Below, piece after piece: positions 41,570-54,362 of a DNA stretch of 64,000 nucleotides. The translations under genes were made by a program, and so were the position numbers. Every line of letters starts with the position of its first letter. Position 1 is the stretch's first letter. This DNA is from Paramecium tetraurelia (taxonomy: Eukaryota): contig CT868108.1 in assembly GCA_000165425.1 (NCBI GenBank), forward strand, positions 124,001 through 188,000, written 5' to 3'. The notes under the pieces were generated by a model. It worked only from the letters and a program-made list of their open reading frames with translations, ran no database searches and was not told the DNA's origin.

Positions 41570-42420
41570 TTAACATTTATCCAGATTTTTGAATTAGCTT
41601 TAAAGACTTCTGGTGAAGGCTTGCTTTGATACTGTTAGAAGCTCATTTAGAATCCTAAATTTCTTAATATTCTATCATGTTCAAATATGTTTCTATAAAT
41701 AGAATAATCATAATAAAATACGTCCAAGTATATTTTGGATCAAGAATCTAATCAGGAGCTCCAGTAACCTTCCTTGGAATCTTTATTTGAACAATTCAAA
41801 ATTGTCAAATTCTCCAATATGAATAGCATCATTAATAAGTCTTGTATTTTTGAGAGCAATTCTTTTTCCTAAATTTTCCATTTGACCAGCCAGTATTGAA
41901 TAACCAACATTTGGTTCCATGCTCTTTCATTTTAATAGCTAAAATAGTCGCTTAAACAGTTGGATGGAATGGTAAGAAAGCATTTTCAAACAAGCTAAAA
42001 ATGTAGCGACTGGTACTTTGACACCCTTTTCAGTACTTTCAAAATTGAAATATTATAAAATGCTTAATACCTTTTTTGTATCCAGAATTCAAATGATACA
42101 TGTCTTGTTCAGGATTCAATATAGAGACAGGCGATAGAATACCATAAGCATCACATATAATGAAGAAGATATTTTTCAGATGATTTCCAACAGCAGGATT
42201 TTTGGCTAAAAGGAATAAAATCTAATGGGAATTGACTCTTGTATTTTCAGTGATAGAAATAAACTATGATCTTTTAATGAGCTTTCACTCTCCTTATAAT
42301 TTTGAAAATATCGATTGCAATCTAATTACTCAAAATCAAAATAATTTCTGCTTCTTTAGATTTCTGACATATTTTTTATCATCCTTAATTAGTTGCAAAA
42401 TTCATTTATATGATAATTAT
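41570..42420 (-). pseudogene. pckA: Degraded fragment of ATP-dependent PEP carboxykinase (C-terminal half)
   Basis: Pieces ITENTR, FPLDFIP, KNIFFIICDAYGILSPVS.L.PEQ.MYH..SGY, TEKGVKVPVATF, AFLPFHPT, CWLFNTGW, KRIALKNTRLINDAIH, ILDP..TW occur in shifting frames; N-terminal half absent. Confidence 0.85.
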
Positions 42421-42850
42421 TAATATAGATTAATGTATTAACAACAAAACATATATTTAAAATAATATTCATACGGATGCTGAGATATAATATAATATTC
42501 CAGTACTATTTTTTTGTCTTATCAATATAAACTATTTAGGATTACAAATTAATATGAAATTTAGTTAATCTGGATATTTAGTTTAGATAATAAATAATAT
42601 TTTTCTTGAAATATTAATATTACTTTATTAGTCAAAGCCAACAACTAATTTTAAATTAAATTTGATAATTTTAATACTATAAATATTTTAATTAACATAC
42701 TATAATTATTTATTAAAAGTTTAAGTCTTAATAAAATCAAAAAATATATCTATAGCTAATAAAAATTTGATTAAAAAACCATTCAAGAGAAGTAATCCTC
42801 AATTCAATTCTATTAATTTACTTAATAAACTAAAATACAAATTTTAAATT

Positions 42851-43711
42851 TCAATTCTTTTCAACAAGTTCATATTTTTTTATTAAAAGATAATAAACTG
42901 GAGCAACAGAATTATCTTCATGACATATTACTTCAGATTCATTTCTACGAGAATTAAATGAACATTTTACATTTGAATTCTTTTTTTATAAAGGGGACAA
43001 TCAAGAACAAAACTTTCAAACTCACCTCCTTCTCCACATGGATGAAACCCAAATTTTTTATTCTATATATGATATAATTAAAATTGTACTATTTCTTTGA
43101 AATAATCGTATAATTCATGAATGGTTTTTCCTAAATGTTTTGGAGTCAATCCCATGGCTGCAATTTTAATGAGGATTATATTCATATTATTTTGAATCAT
43201 TTGATCTAGCAAAGAAAACTAATCTTGATTCCACAAGTAAGCAAGGGATGTTAACCCTAACCTATTGCAACTACAATTGGAGAGTAGATTTACCAATCTT
43301 CAACTCTTAATTTCTGATAGGTGGAAGCAATAGCTCCAGAACTGACTCCCTTGATATCAGGGTATTAAAGTAAGGCTTCTTTTAAAATGATATAGAGATC
43401 TTCCACTTCATCTCCAATTCGCTCTTCATCTTTGCTTTGATAATCTAAGTTAGTAATTTTGGGTATTCCTGATATTTCTCTTGTCATTAGTGGTTTGTCC
43501 ATTGCTTAAGCAATAGCTTGGATTACATTAGTGCCAACACTCTGATACATGAAGCTATCAGATTCAATTCCGATTTCTAATTAGAATGAAATGTAAATGT
43601 ACGTTTGGGATATAGATTTACTAGGAGGACAAGTTCGTGACCTTCTTGGACGCATCTAATGATATTATAAACAGAATCTTTGCCTCCTGAGATGAGAGCT
43701 AAAAATTTCAT
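42851..43711 (-). CDS. DPH6: Diphthine--ammonia ligase
   Basis: MKFLALISGGKDS, DSFMYQSVG, GDEVEDL, SSGAIASTYQ, HPCGEGGEFESFVLDCPLY. Confidence 0.95.
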
Positions 43712-43800
43712 ATAATATATTTAAAAATGATGGGGAGAGAGTGAAGATTGAAATACTGTTAAATGTAGAACAATTGTCAATAATTGTATATGTTAATGAA

Positions 43801-44987
43801 TCAATTTCTCTTGCTGATGAATTGAGCGGTGGTTGATAATTTCTCGCTGATGTGTTCTTAGAGTCTGTCAACGATTTCGTTTTATGCAGCTCTAGATTAT
43901 AGTGTCTATGATACCTTTCAGCAGTTTGAGTTTCATAGATTTCTGATTAGACTGCATACCAAGCTTATTATCCAGCAAGTCTTTCTTCACTGTTTTCTAA
44001 TTCTAAGGTGTGGAATTCGATCCATGATTGAGCATCTTCAATGGTGTCCTTTTATTCTTAGATTTAGACTTCCAATTAGGCCTTTCTTTCGACTAATCTG
44101 GTGTGTTCGTTACTCAAATGAACGCTGAATTCAGCCCAGTGAGCAGCTTATCTATCTTCAACGTCCTTAATTATTGGATTGAATGAATACAGTTTTAGCA
44201 GCCTTTTCTGAGACCAATTATTATCTGATTTCGCTCAAGAGTTAAGCAATCTTGGTTAAAGCCTTTTAGTTGACTCCGTGAGTGGCTAATTCTGTAAGAG
44301 CAGCAACGACTGGCTAAAGGAAAGATATAAGAGAAGCTAAATACTTGTAAGAGTTGGGAGTGGGAGGTGTTGTCTGTGAGTCTCTTGTGAATTGTTTCGT
44401 ATTTTGATTTGACTTAGACGAATGAGGCACCTAAACTCAAGTGTTGAATTAATTTGGCAGCTTCATCAATGGCATCAATAACGTCATCAATAGCGGCGAC
44501 CTTAGCAACAAAGGTTTCGTGTTATTAGTTTCTTGTGGCTTCTTCTCTGGCATATGTTTATTCATTTGTTGCGATGTCTTGAATTGTGACTCTGATGTCT
44601 TCTTCAGAAACAGCCAAAGCTTCAATTGTGTCGTCTCTCAATTAAGTGTTGGATGAGATTTGATTTTAGTGATACAAGATTTCCTTTTCCAAATCTTCGA
44701 CAATCTAAGATATTCTTAATACATATTCTTACTCTGTTGTTGGTTGTTGTGTCAAGTTCAAAAGTGTGGTCGTGGTCATTTTGATCTTATTACAATCCAG
44801 CAGCGACACCGTTCAATAACATATTAACTTCGTTGGCTGGTGTTTAGGCTTACAAGTGGGCTTTGATGGCTGACAATACAACATTTCCAAATGGATTAGC
44901 ATCAATTTAAGCCAAAGTTGTATGGGTATCAACAAATTTGGAAGCTGCAAGAGCAACAACTAATGTCAAGATGGCTAGTTTTTGCAT
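43801..44987 (-). CDS. Trichocyst matrix protein precursor (loosely T4-like)
   Basis: Signal peptide MQKLAILTLVVALAA, acidic helical blocks, biased codon use, three tiny introns, frame intact where read. Confidence 0.85.
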
Positions 44988-45005
44988 ATATTTTAATTAA
45001 TGTTT

Positions 45006-45015
45006 TAAAAACGGA
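45006..45015 (-). promoter_or_regulatory. TCCGTTTTTA candidate TMP promoter element
   Basis: 18 nt upstream of the TMP ATG; same motif and similar spacing at 48701-48710. Confidence 0.45.
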
Positions 45016-45600
45016 TCGATCAAATGCTTATAATGTACATTTAATTATTATTAATTACGATCTAAATATATAAATATCTATCACACACTATTCCTACTTC
45101 ACTCAACATTTATATATTTGTCTCCTTTCTCTTCCCTCCATTTTTCATTCCCGCCTTCTCAAAATATCACTATTACATATCCACAATCTCATACAAATCC
45201 TCTAATCTTATCACAATTTAAATTATCACATCCAATTCTCATCCTGCTTTACAATCCCATTCAATATATCAAATTCTTTTTCAATAATTATTTTAATCAC
45301 TTTTTAATCCATTTTAAGAATTCCAATTCTATAAAATTTATTAAATCCAAATTAAATTAATATCACCTTGGTCCTTAATTTCTCCTTACCTCTGGGGTAT
45401 TAAAATAACAGATATAAAATAATCTAAGAAACTTAGTAAATATATTCATTTTTATTCATAATTTCAATGATAGCTGAATCACTAGACTATTAAAAATATA
45501 CACTTGCATTCAGTACTCATTAAGTATGAAAGAGAAGCCATTAATAATAAATAATATCTTTGTAAATATTCAAAAATATTTTTTTAATTTTTATTATTGC

Positions 45601-46092
45601 ATGTCAGCTCCATTCTACACCGTCAAAGTAATATCACTCATTAAACGAAGGACGTACCTGCCTAAGATTTCATTCATGCATATGCTGAGTATTTGAAGAA
45701 AAACAATAAAATTAAAATTCCAGAATGGGCATCCATTGTTAAAACTGGACTTGGAAAAGAAATTTCACCAATTGATTAGGATTGGATGTATGTTAGAGCT
45801 GCTGCACTTGCTCGTAAAATATATGTGAGAGGTCATTGGGTATTCAATTTATATTACATTTAAGGGTGTTGGAAATCTGACTCATATGTTCGGATCAGTC
45901 AACGATAATGGTAAGCACGAATCCGGATCAGGAAAAGTCATTAGATATCTATTCTAATAATTAGAATAAATCAAAGTCTTGAAGAAAGACAACAAATCTC
46001 TCTTAAAGAAGGGATCAAGAATTGTTACCAAGGAAGGATAATAAGATTTAAACAGAATTGCAACTTAAGTTGCCTTGGCTGCCAGAAAATGA
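45601..46092 (+). CDS. RPS19: 40S ribosomal protein S19e
   Basis: TVKDVPA.DFI.AYAEYLK...PEWASIVKTG..KEISP.DQDWMYVRAAALARKIY; two tiny introns. Confidence 0.97.
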
Positions 46093-46485
46093 TTTATTAA
46101 ACATCAAGAACATTAAAACCTGTCGATATTATTGTAACCACCTCCAAATCTCATATTATATCTCTACAAATCACAAAATAATTTCTATCTAAACTATTAT
46201 TATTGGGATGAGTCATCATATTTCAAAAATCATTTGTAATCACTACTTCTTTATTTTCTTATCAATTTAAGGTTAATTATTTATTCTATGCTAGAATTTA
46301 GTTTATCTCCAATTATGAGAAATTGAAACAAACATACTTCAATTTTAAATAATATTATTATTGATTCTTATTCTTTGACTTATTTTTTTTGGAATTATGT
46401 GCTCAATAAATTCAATTTTATTTTATAAAGAATTCTGAATAATATAATTATGCAATTTAATTATTATTTATATCATCACTAATTC

Positions 46486-47177
46486 TCATATTCTACTTGT
46501 TTTCATAATCCTACTCAATGATGACTATAATGCATTTAATTCGCTTTGATGTCTATAATAAATCTGATACTATTACCCTAATTAATATGTGCCTATCTAT
46601 GAAATTGGAATCTGATTCAATTTTGAGGAAAGTGATGAAATGTCACTTTATCTACCATACTTTTAGAAGTTGGTTGGAGTTCTTGCTGAAAACAAGTCTG
46701 ATTTAGAACTCTTATGTGAGTAGGGTTAATAACTTTATTGAATGAGTTGATTGTTCAATTTTGCAATCGAGTTATTTTATAATTGCAATTGAATGTCTAA
46801 TTTAGAGTTCCAATCTTGAAATTGATTCAACTTGACCTTAGCTCTCTCTGGAGAATCTCTAAATGTTCTTGCTGATCTATGAGGAGATGGTGTTTTATCA
46901 TTCGAAAATACTACATGGGTTGGTGCAAGAGGACTACAATTTATGCATATTCTTACTGATATTATCCTACTACACAACCTTCTAGGCCTTTATAAATTTT
47001 TGGAGAGTCTCTAAACAATCTTAATCTCACTGGAGATAAGTTTTTGGATTCTTAGTTTCTTGATTTAAAACTTGAATCTCCTAATTTACTTATTGCAGTT
47101 GAAAGTAAATGAGCTTAATTGCCTTTTGTCTTTATGGCTGAGTTGCTATCAGCACTGTAGATGCTTGAATTTAACAT
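46486..47177 (-). CDS. Hypothetical Ser/Arg/Pro-rich protein
   Basis: Code-6 open frame (…DKTPSPHRSARTFRDSPER…); 3' end uncertain. Confidence 0.55.
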
Positions 47178-47548
47178 AATTTTTATTTATTGCTTAATAA
47201 ATTTTAAATACAGATCTTATATATTAAATAATAATGCGCAAAATAATTGCAAACTTTTCTCTATTTATATTTTATAATCATTATTCTTTAATAATAATAC
47301 CATAATGCTGAATTTCTTTGATAAATTCTATTAAAGGTGTTTTAAAAATAATATTGAGTTTGTTTGTCAAATGCAACACATTTTTTAATGAATTTTCAAA
47401 TCCATATTTTATTGAGTATGATTTCAGAGAAATTGATTAGTCATCTATAGGGGTTGATGAAATGTAGAAAGAAACAATAAAAATAAAATTAAAGATGATG
47501 TAGTTTTAACTTGGTGGATATTTTTAAATTGAATATTTTATAATCTAA

Positions 47549-48683
47549 TCATTTTCTACCAAGGGATGTTGATGAGGCTAAGGCTCTAACTTGATCCTTG
47601 AATAATTAGATGACAACATCGATGATGGCGTTTTCCTCTAGAATAGATTAGATGAGGATAGATACCTTATCTTCTTACTGTTTCTGAAGCATAGAATTCT
47701 CTTTTTTCTTCCAAATCGGCGGTGGCACCAGCAACTGCATTCAAGGAGTCTTTCCATAATTTGAGTGCTTTGGCTTATTAAGCAAGAACTGCTGGGAGTA
47801 TGCTAATCGAATTAATTGATGAATGCATACAGTTTCTAATTTTTCAACAAGACCTGTTCTTCTTTCGTGTTCAGAGTTCAACCAAGCAACTTCAGCATTG
47901 GTATCTGAAACGTATTTGGCAAGAGCGAAAGCAGCATGGATTTCTTATTCTTAGAGTGTAGCAAGGGTTGCCTCTAATTCAGCTTGTAAGTCTGCTAAGA
48001 TGGAAAGGACTTGTTCTCCGGTTGTGCCATCTCTCTTGACTTCAGCAAGGGATTAGAATTTTTGCATGGCATCTTATTAGAAGAGGTGACTGTATGCTGA
48101 CAATTTGTCGGCGATGGTTTCAGCCTTTTGAACTAATTCAACTCCAGCATTGTTTGTGAGCCATCCAGCGACGTCTTGTGATAAGAGTTAGACGACTGCA
48201 ATTGCATCAGCGTGATCAGCCAATGATTTGACAAAGAGTCCATTGGCCCAACATCTTTAGTCTTAAAGTTAAGCATTTCTTCTTTCGATTTCAGCAAGTC
48301 TTGCTTCGGCCCATGCCAACCATGAATATCCATCCTAAATTTTAAGGGGAAATAGCATACTCTGACTTGGGCTTCAACATCAGTACGAACGGCACCTAAT
48401 CTTTCCCATTGTTATTTGTTGAGGGAGGCAACATTTGTCAAGTCACCAATGACCTAAGAAAAGATTTCTATTGTTTAATTTATATCATACCTTCATCAGT
48501 GTTATTCTTTTTGTCGGCAGCAGCTTAGACATTAACATTTTCTGTCTTCAAATCTCTCAAGAGGTTGTAAACTGATTCAACAGCATCATTTCCTCTAGTA
48601 CCAGTTTGGAGGAGCACAGCAAATTTGTTTGTGTCAATAGCGAAGACGGCAGCCACTAAGCAAAGGGCAACAAGAGTTCTCAT
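47549..48683 (-). CDS. Trichocyst matrix protein precursor with an apparent +1 frameshift at about 47800
   Basis: MRTLVALCLVAAVFA signal, two acidic helical blocks with a KR-containing linker, four tiny introns; one extra base after intron 3. Confidence 0.85.
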
Positions 48684-48700
48684 TATTAATTTATTAATGC

Positions 48701-48710
48701 CAAAAACGGA
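48701..48710 (-). promoter_or_regulatory. TCCGTTTTTG candidate TMP promoter element
   Basis: 17 nt upstream of the ATG at 48683. Confidence 0.45.
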
Positions 48711-48864
48711 ATCAAAATTCCTCGTTTTAAAATTGCAAATATCACTAATTATTATTTAATTAACACACATTTATGCACACTCATCATTCAAAACATACAT
48801 AAATTTTACACTTACATCTCAAACTAAAAACGTATTCAATCAATTAATCTGTTAAAATATTTAT

Positions 48865-50646
48865 ATGAAAACTTAATTATAAAGAGGTTCATATGGAGAA
48901 TTATCATCCATTCGTTCTTACCCCACTGAGAAATTGAATACTCAGTCTGATAGCGAATTGATTGAAGTTGACATGGAGAAACTAAATTTCCATTCATATT
49001 ACTTAGCCTCTGATCCAATTCAATTATAATCAATCCAAGTGGAAGGAGAGCTTTATATTAAAGATTTCATGAAAAAGTTAATTGCCATAGTCTCAAAAAA
49101 AATCACTGAAAATGAGCAAATCAAAATGCTACCAATCATAGGCTATTAATCTTCGATAGATAGAATGTCACATCCGATTCAATAATACTTTAGACAACAT
49201 GAAGATCCTACCTTTGATTATTTGACTGGTGGATTAGAAGAAGATGAAGAACCTGTATTCAAACTTTCTAATTGATAGGTTAGGTTCCAACAGGAATAAT
49301 GGTTGGTATAAAAAATAAATTCACTACCTGCCAAGTTATTGGAAGTAGAATAACAAAGCACAAATTCCAATCGTCAATCTTTAACTGCTTAAACCTTTAT
49401 GAGATCAAGAGTCTTAATTTAAGTATTTGAAACTTATTTCTAAATTTTAGGATTAAGCTTAATTGAATAATTAAAAAAATGTAAAAGATAAAGAAAAATT
49501 ACCTGGAATTGTTGATCTAAATGATCCACTAGATATAAGTGCAACTGAAGAACTATTAAGAGCATAAAAAGAAAGAGATTATAAGGTTAAATAAGACTTA
49601 AAAGAACAAGAAAGAAAGAGAAGGCAAAAAGAATTGGAAGAATAACAGTTAAAATATGATCTCATATCTAAAGATAAAAAATCCAAATTGTACACTTACG
49701 ATTATGATGGAAAATTGATTTCAGTAGTAACATTGAAAGGCCATAAATTTCCACCTACAGCTGCAACATTAGGGTATTTAAATTAAAAATTGAGAGATCC
49801 AAGTTCGAAGATGGCCAAACTAAATTAAGCATGTTCAATAAAAGGAAAACAGTTTTTTAGAATTCAGGTTCCCAAATCAAAAAAAAACAAGAGGACGAGA
49901 AAGACAAAGATACCAAAGAACAAATTAAATTTTAATCTCTAGCTCCCCTTGTTAATGAAAATATGCATTTACAATAAGGAGTTCTTATGATTCAAGAAGG
50001 TAGAGTTAGAGAAGGGCCTAAGGATTAACCAATCAGTCTAGAAAAAATGAGTGATCCTGCTTTAAGAATGGTCAGAAATGAATATTTGTCTCTGACTTAA
50101 TAAATTAATGCTTCTCATAATTAATCATCTGCATAATTGGTCAAAGCTGAAGATGCTTAAATTAAAGATTTCACAAATGATCATGATTAAAAATAAATTC
50201 TCAATAGAATCCGTCGATTAAGCTAGCCAAGTATAACAAGTGATGGGAATATAAAGTAAAGATAATAAAACTATTCCATAGGATTAACTCGATGCAAATT
50301 TACGAATAAGTGGCTTAAGTTATCTTCGATGATAAAGAATAATATCCTATTTCAACTGCTAAACTAAATAATAATAATACAAAAGATGTGCGAATGATGA
50401 GATCCCCAACAGATCAATATAACATTTCGCTCTATAAGAATACCGCCTGGGGCAAAGAAGTTCCATCCACTTAGAGTAATACTACAAAACTGAAAGGCAA
50501 CAAAGCTAGTGCTAAGTAAAGCTTTCATTATGTACAATAGAGATATCTTATCTACTGTTGGGGTAGTCGTTAAAAGAACTAGGGAAAGAAGAGGTAATTC
50601 AGAAACTACACATCTACCAAAAATGAAGAATATTTCTCAATTTTGA
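48865..50646 (+). CDS. Hypothetical protein
   Basis: Code-6 frame with tiny introns; EEDEEP and YTYDYDGK segments; TGA at 50644-50646. Confidence 0.7.
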
Positions 50647-50728
50647 TATTTTGTAATTTTAATTCTATCTCCAATTAATCAAATTTTGAGTAAGAAGAAT
50701 TGTAAATTAATATAATTTTTTAAATTAA

Positions 50729-51973
50729 TCAGCATTTATTTCTTTTTTAATACCATTTAGGAATTAATTTATTTGCTAGGGATTGATTATTTGATAGCTC
50801 CTCCTTTGTGAAATCAAATAAATCAGGAATTTGTATTTTTGATTGATACATCCTAAAGGTAGTTTCATCCCTAAGATCATCAAAATATGAATGAGTTAGT
50901 GCTTGAAGCGCAGTCAATCTAGTTCTTGGACAGTAAGTAAGTATTTTACTAATTAAATCAATAGCTGAAGGATCAACAACAGTTTAAAATACTTTTCTCC
51001 ATTCCTTTTTTCTTATTTAAACTATTTTGTATTGTTTGATATCATATAATTCGTTCATTGACATCACCTCCTCTTTGCTTGGAGACCCAAGTATTTTGAT
51101 AATCTCTACCAATTAATCTACCGCTGATGCCCCCAAAAATAGTGGCAGCCCATTAAACATTTCTCCAATGATACAACCTACTGACCACATATCTACTTAA
51201 GTAGTATAGTTCGTAGCTCCAAATAATAACTCAGGTGCTCTGTAGCACCTTGAACAAATGTAGGCTATATTCGGCTCTAATGGAGATAATTTTTTGGCAC
51301 TTCCAAAATCGCAGATTTTCAGTACATTTGTATCTGGATTAACCAAAACATTATGTGGTTTAATATCTCTATGACAAATTCCTTTGGTATGAACAAAGGC
51401 TATGCCACGTAATAACTAATAAGAGTATAATTTGGCCTATATTTCTGGTAACAACTATTGTTATTTTAAAAATTATGCGTTAAATGAATGTAGGGTTTCA
51501 GGTTGATAATCCATAATGACATTCAAGTATTGTTCATCAGGTGAATCTCCATAGGTAAAATATGCATGTTTAGTTTCAACAATATTTGGATGATCCAATT
51601 CTTATAGAATTTGTATTTCCCTATTTTTATATCTCTTATCCTATATAACTTTCTTTACGGCTACTATTTCTCCAGTTTCATTCACTTTTGCTTTGTAAAC
51701 AATTCCAAATGATCCTTGTCCAATCACTTTTAAGCTAGTGAATGTAAATTACGAATAATCAATAGGTTAATTGGCTTATGGTGGAGCTGGGGATTTGCTT
51801 TTTGTTCTTTAATTTTTTAATGGAGTTTTTTGTTTCTCTTATAAATTTTTGAATTTTAATATTGCTTGTTAAAGATCAATGTCATCTATATCAGCTGCTT
51901 CAGTTTACACTCTTCTATTGGCATCTGTTGGCTGAGTATATTTGTTAATAGGCTTTTTAGCATAGCGAGCCAT
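50729..51973 (-). CDS. GSK3: GSK3/shaggy-like kinase
   Basis: [57 protein letters not shown]. Confidence 0.96.
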
Positions 51974-52038
51974 CCAACTGATTAAATTATCAAATTTTTT
52001 ATAAATTAAGTTTATCTAAAATTTCCTTAAATATTCAT

Positions 52039-52976
52039 ATGAGTACTAATGAATAGGAATTGCAAAATAAAGTCGAAAAATTTGTTGATAATGTAAATAT
52101 AATATTTAGACTTAGTACATGAAAAAGGCAAAGTCATTTCATAGGTAGAGATCATCTATTTCAATTAATGAAGAATAGAGAGATTTAACATAAGAGATTG
52201 CAGAAAAAGAACTGTAAAAGTCCACTTTGTTGGAAGAATTGTTAAAACAAATTTCATAGATTGTTGATAATTTAATTCAAAGACACATGTTTGATGTGAA
52301 TATTTATATATATATTCCTAGTTTCAAAATCAACTTCTCCATATATAGAATGAACTGTATTAATTGAAGAATAAGCAGTGTACTATAGGAAGTTAGGAGA
52401 GTGCAATAAAATAGACAATGGTTTTATCAAAGAATAGTTCCTTTACTGATTTTAATGAGCAATTTCTCTATGATGAATAAATCAAAAATCTGAAAAACAA
52501 AATCAAAAATCTTAAGGAGGATGTGAATAAGAAGACACAATATCACGATTCATTAATCAATATGCTGTTGGATTAATAGTAATTATTATTTATTATAAAA
52601 TTAAAGGAAGGATTTAAAAGAGAATTTGAGAAAAAATTAATTTGAATCCGATGTTAAATCCATTGAAAAAAAATTGCTTGATTAAATTTGGTTAAGTAAT
52701 GTACATTATTATTACAATAGGCGTTGAAACACAAAGTAGGGATTTTGTTGAAACGAAATTTCATTAACTGAAATAACTGGCAGAACAAAACAATTAGAAA
52801 CAGAAAGGTAGTTTCTTAAGTAAAATATAGAAAAGGACGCTGTCATGTGGACGATCGTAAATGAGTGCAAGTAAGAGATGGATAAAATGAATTTGAAGTT
52901 TAATGGTGTTAACAGTATTTTACAAGAGATGAAAGAAAATAACAATTGGTTTCCACATATTTGGAAAAGGAAATGA
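52039..52976 (+). CDS. Coiled-coil protein
   Basis: E/Q/K-rich heptads in code 6 with tiny introns. Confidence 0.65.
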
Positions 52977-53193
52977 TATAATATTATTATTTAATTTAGT
53001 TCAAATTTATTAATTTACCATTTTTTAGAAAATTAACTCAGTTATTCTAAGTTAAGAAAATGAGTGACTTATTTATGTTAGACATTTCTTGTCGATATTA
53101 AATTAATGGAAACTGAATATTCTTATCTTTCAATATTTCTTATTAGATCAATTTTCAATATTTAATTATTCAAAATTTGCTGAATCTAGCAAA

Positions 53194-54172
53194 ATGAAAA
53201 ATCAAGAAATCTCGGCTTATGCAGGAAAATTGTCTTAAATCTATTAGAATGACAGTATTTCACATTCTTAGAATATTTAATTAGCAAATGATGAAATTTC
53301 CCAATCATTAGCAAATAGTCCATCAATGAACACAAATTTATAAGTAGTATTAAAGAAACTGCAATCAAAAAAAATTAGATAATTGTATCAGGAATTAGGT
53401 CCTGTTTATGATATTGATGAAAATTATGAGATCCGAAATTTCGATGATGACAGCTGTTATTTTGGGTAAGTGGAGAATGACCAAAAAAATGGCACAGGAA
53501 TACTGGTATGGTCCGAGGTAGGAAATATACTAGATGGGTAAAGTTTATAATTTATAAAATAGAATTTGGGTGAATAATGAGTTAAACGGATTTTGTAGAA
53601 TGATTTACTCAAATGGTGACATGTAAAGTGGTAATTAATTGAATAGTTTCGAATGTGAGTTCAAATATGGGAAGGCTAATGGATTTGGAGTGTTCTCAAC
53701 TAAGAGTAAAGTAGTGAAAGGTAAATAATGTAATCATGATAGGGCTGTGGACGAATAACGTACTAAATGGAGAAGGACAAGAGATAAGAAGTGACGGATC
53801 TAAGTACTTTGGACAATTTAAGGATGGATAAAAAAATGGAAAAGGGATTATATATTATAAGGATGGATGCAAGTGAAGAATGAGATATAATTTTAGGTAC
53901 GAAGGAGAGATTAGTAAGAATAAGTTGGATGGAAAGGGTGTGTTGGTTTGGAATGATTCGAGTTATTATGAAGGGGAATTTCGTAGTGGTATAATAAATG
54001 GGAGTGGGATTTATGTTAGCGGAAATGGAAATAGTTTGAGTGGATATGTATGTTTGAAATGATAATGAGTTTATAGTTTGAGGAAATTAGTAATAAGGAT
54101 AGAATTCAGAGAATTTAATGTATACATAATAGTGGATCTGAACGATTTATAGAGAAAATACGATATTTATGA
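53194..54172 (+). CDS. MORN-repeat protein
   Basis: Repeated Y.G.(F/W)...G.G units: YFGQFKDGQKNGKG, YEGEISKNKLDGKG, YEGEFRSGIINGSG. Confidence 0.9.
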
Positions 54173-54300
54173 TTTTTTTGATTGATTGCACATGATTAAA
54201 TATAACATTGTGTATTATTGTGAAGGTTGTAAGCTGTTAGAATATAAGAAAATAAAAAAAAGTATAAGAAATGCATATTAATTAATATTAAAAAGAAAAA

Positions 54301-54310
54301 TTCGTTTTTG
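54301..54310 (+). promoter_or_regulatory. TTCGTTTTTG candidate TMP promoter element
   Basis: 52 nt upstream of the T1-family TMP ATG. Confidence 0.35.
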
Positions 54311-54362
54311 CCTTTTTTTAGCAAAATAATCCTTAGAATGAATTCATTATTAATTACAATAA

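Noticed and set aside
41570..42420. Selenocysteine or readthrough explanation for the PEPCK disruptions
   Set aside because: The lesions are multiple frameshifts and deletions, and the 5' half is missing
45118..45360. 80-aa ORF in the TMP/RPS19 divergent spacer
   Set aside because: Arises from G-poor composition that avoids stop codons; non-ATG start and no protein-like features
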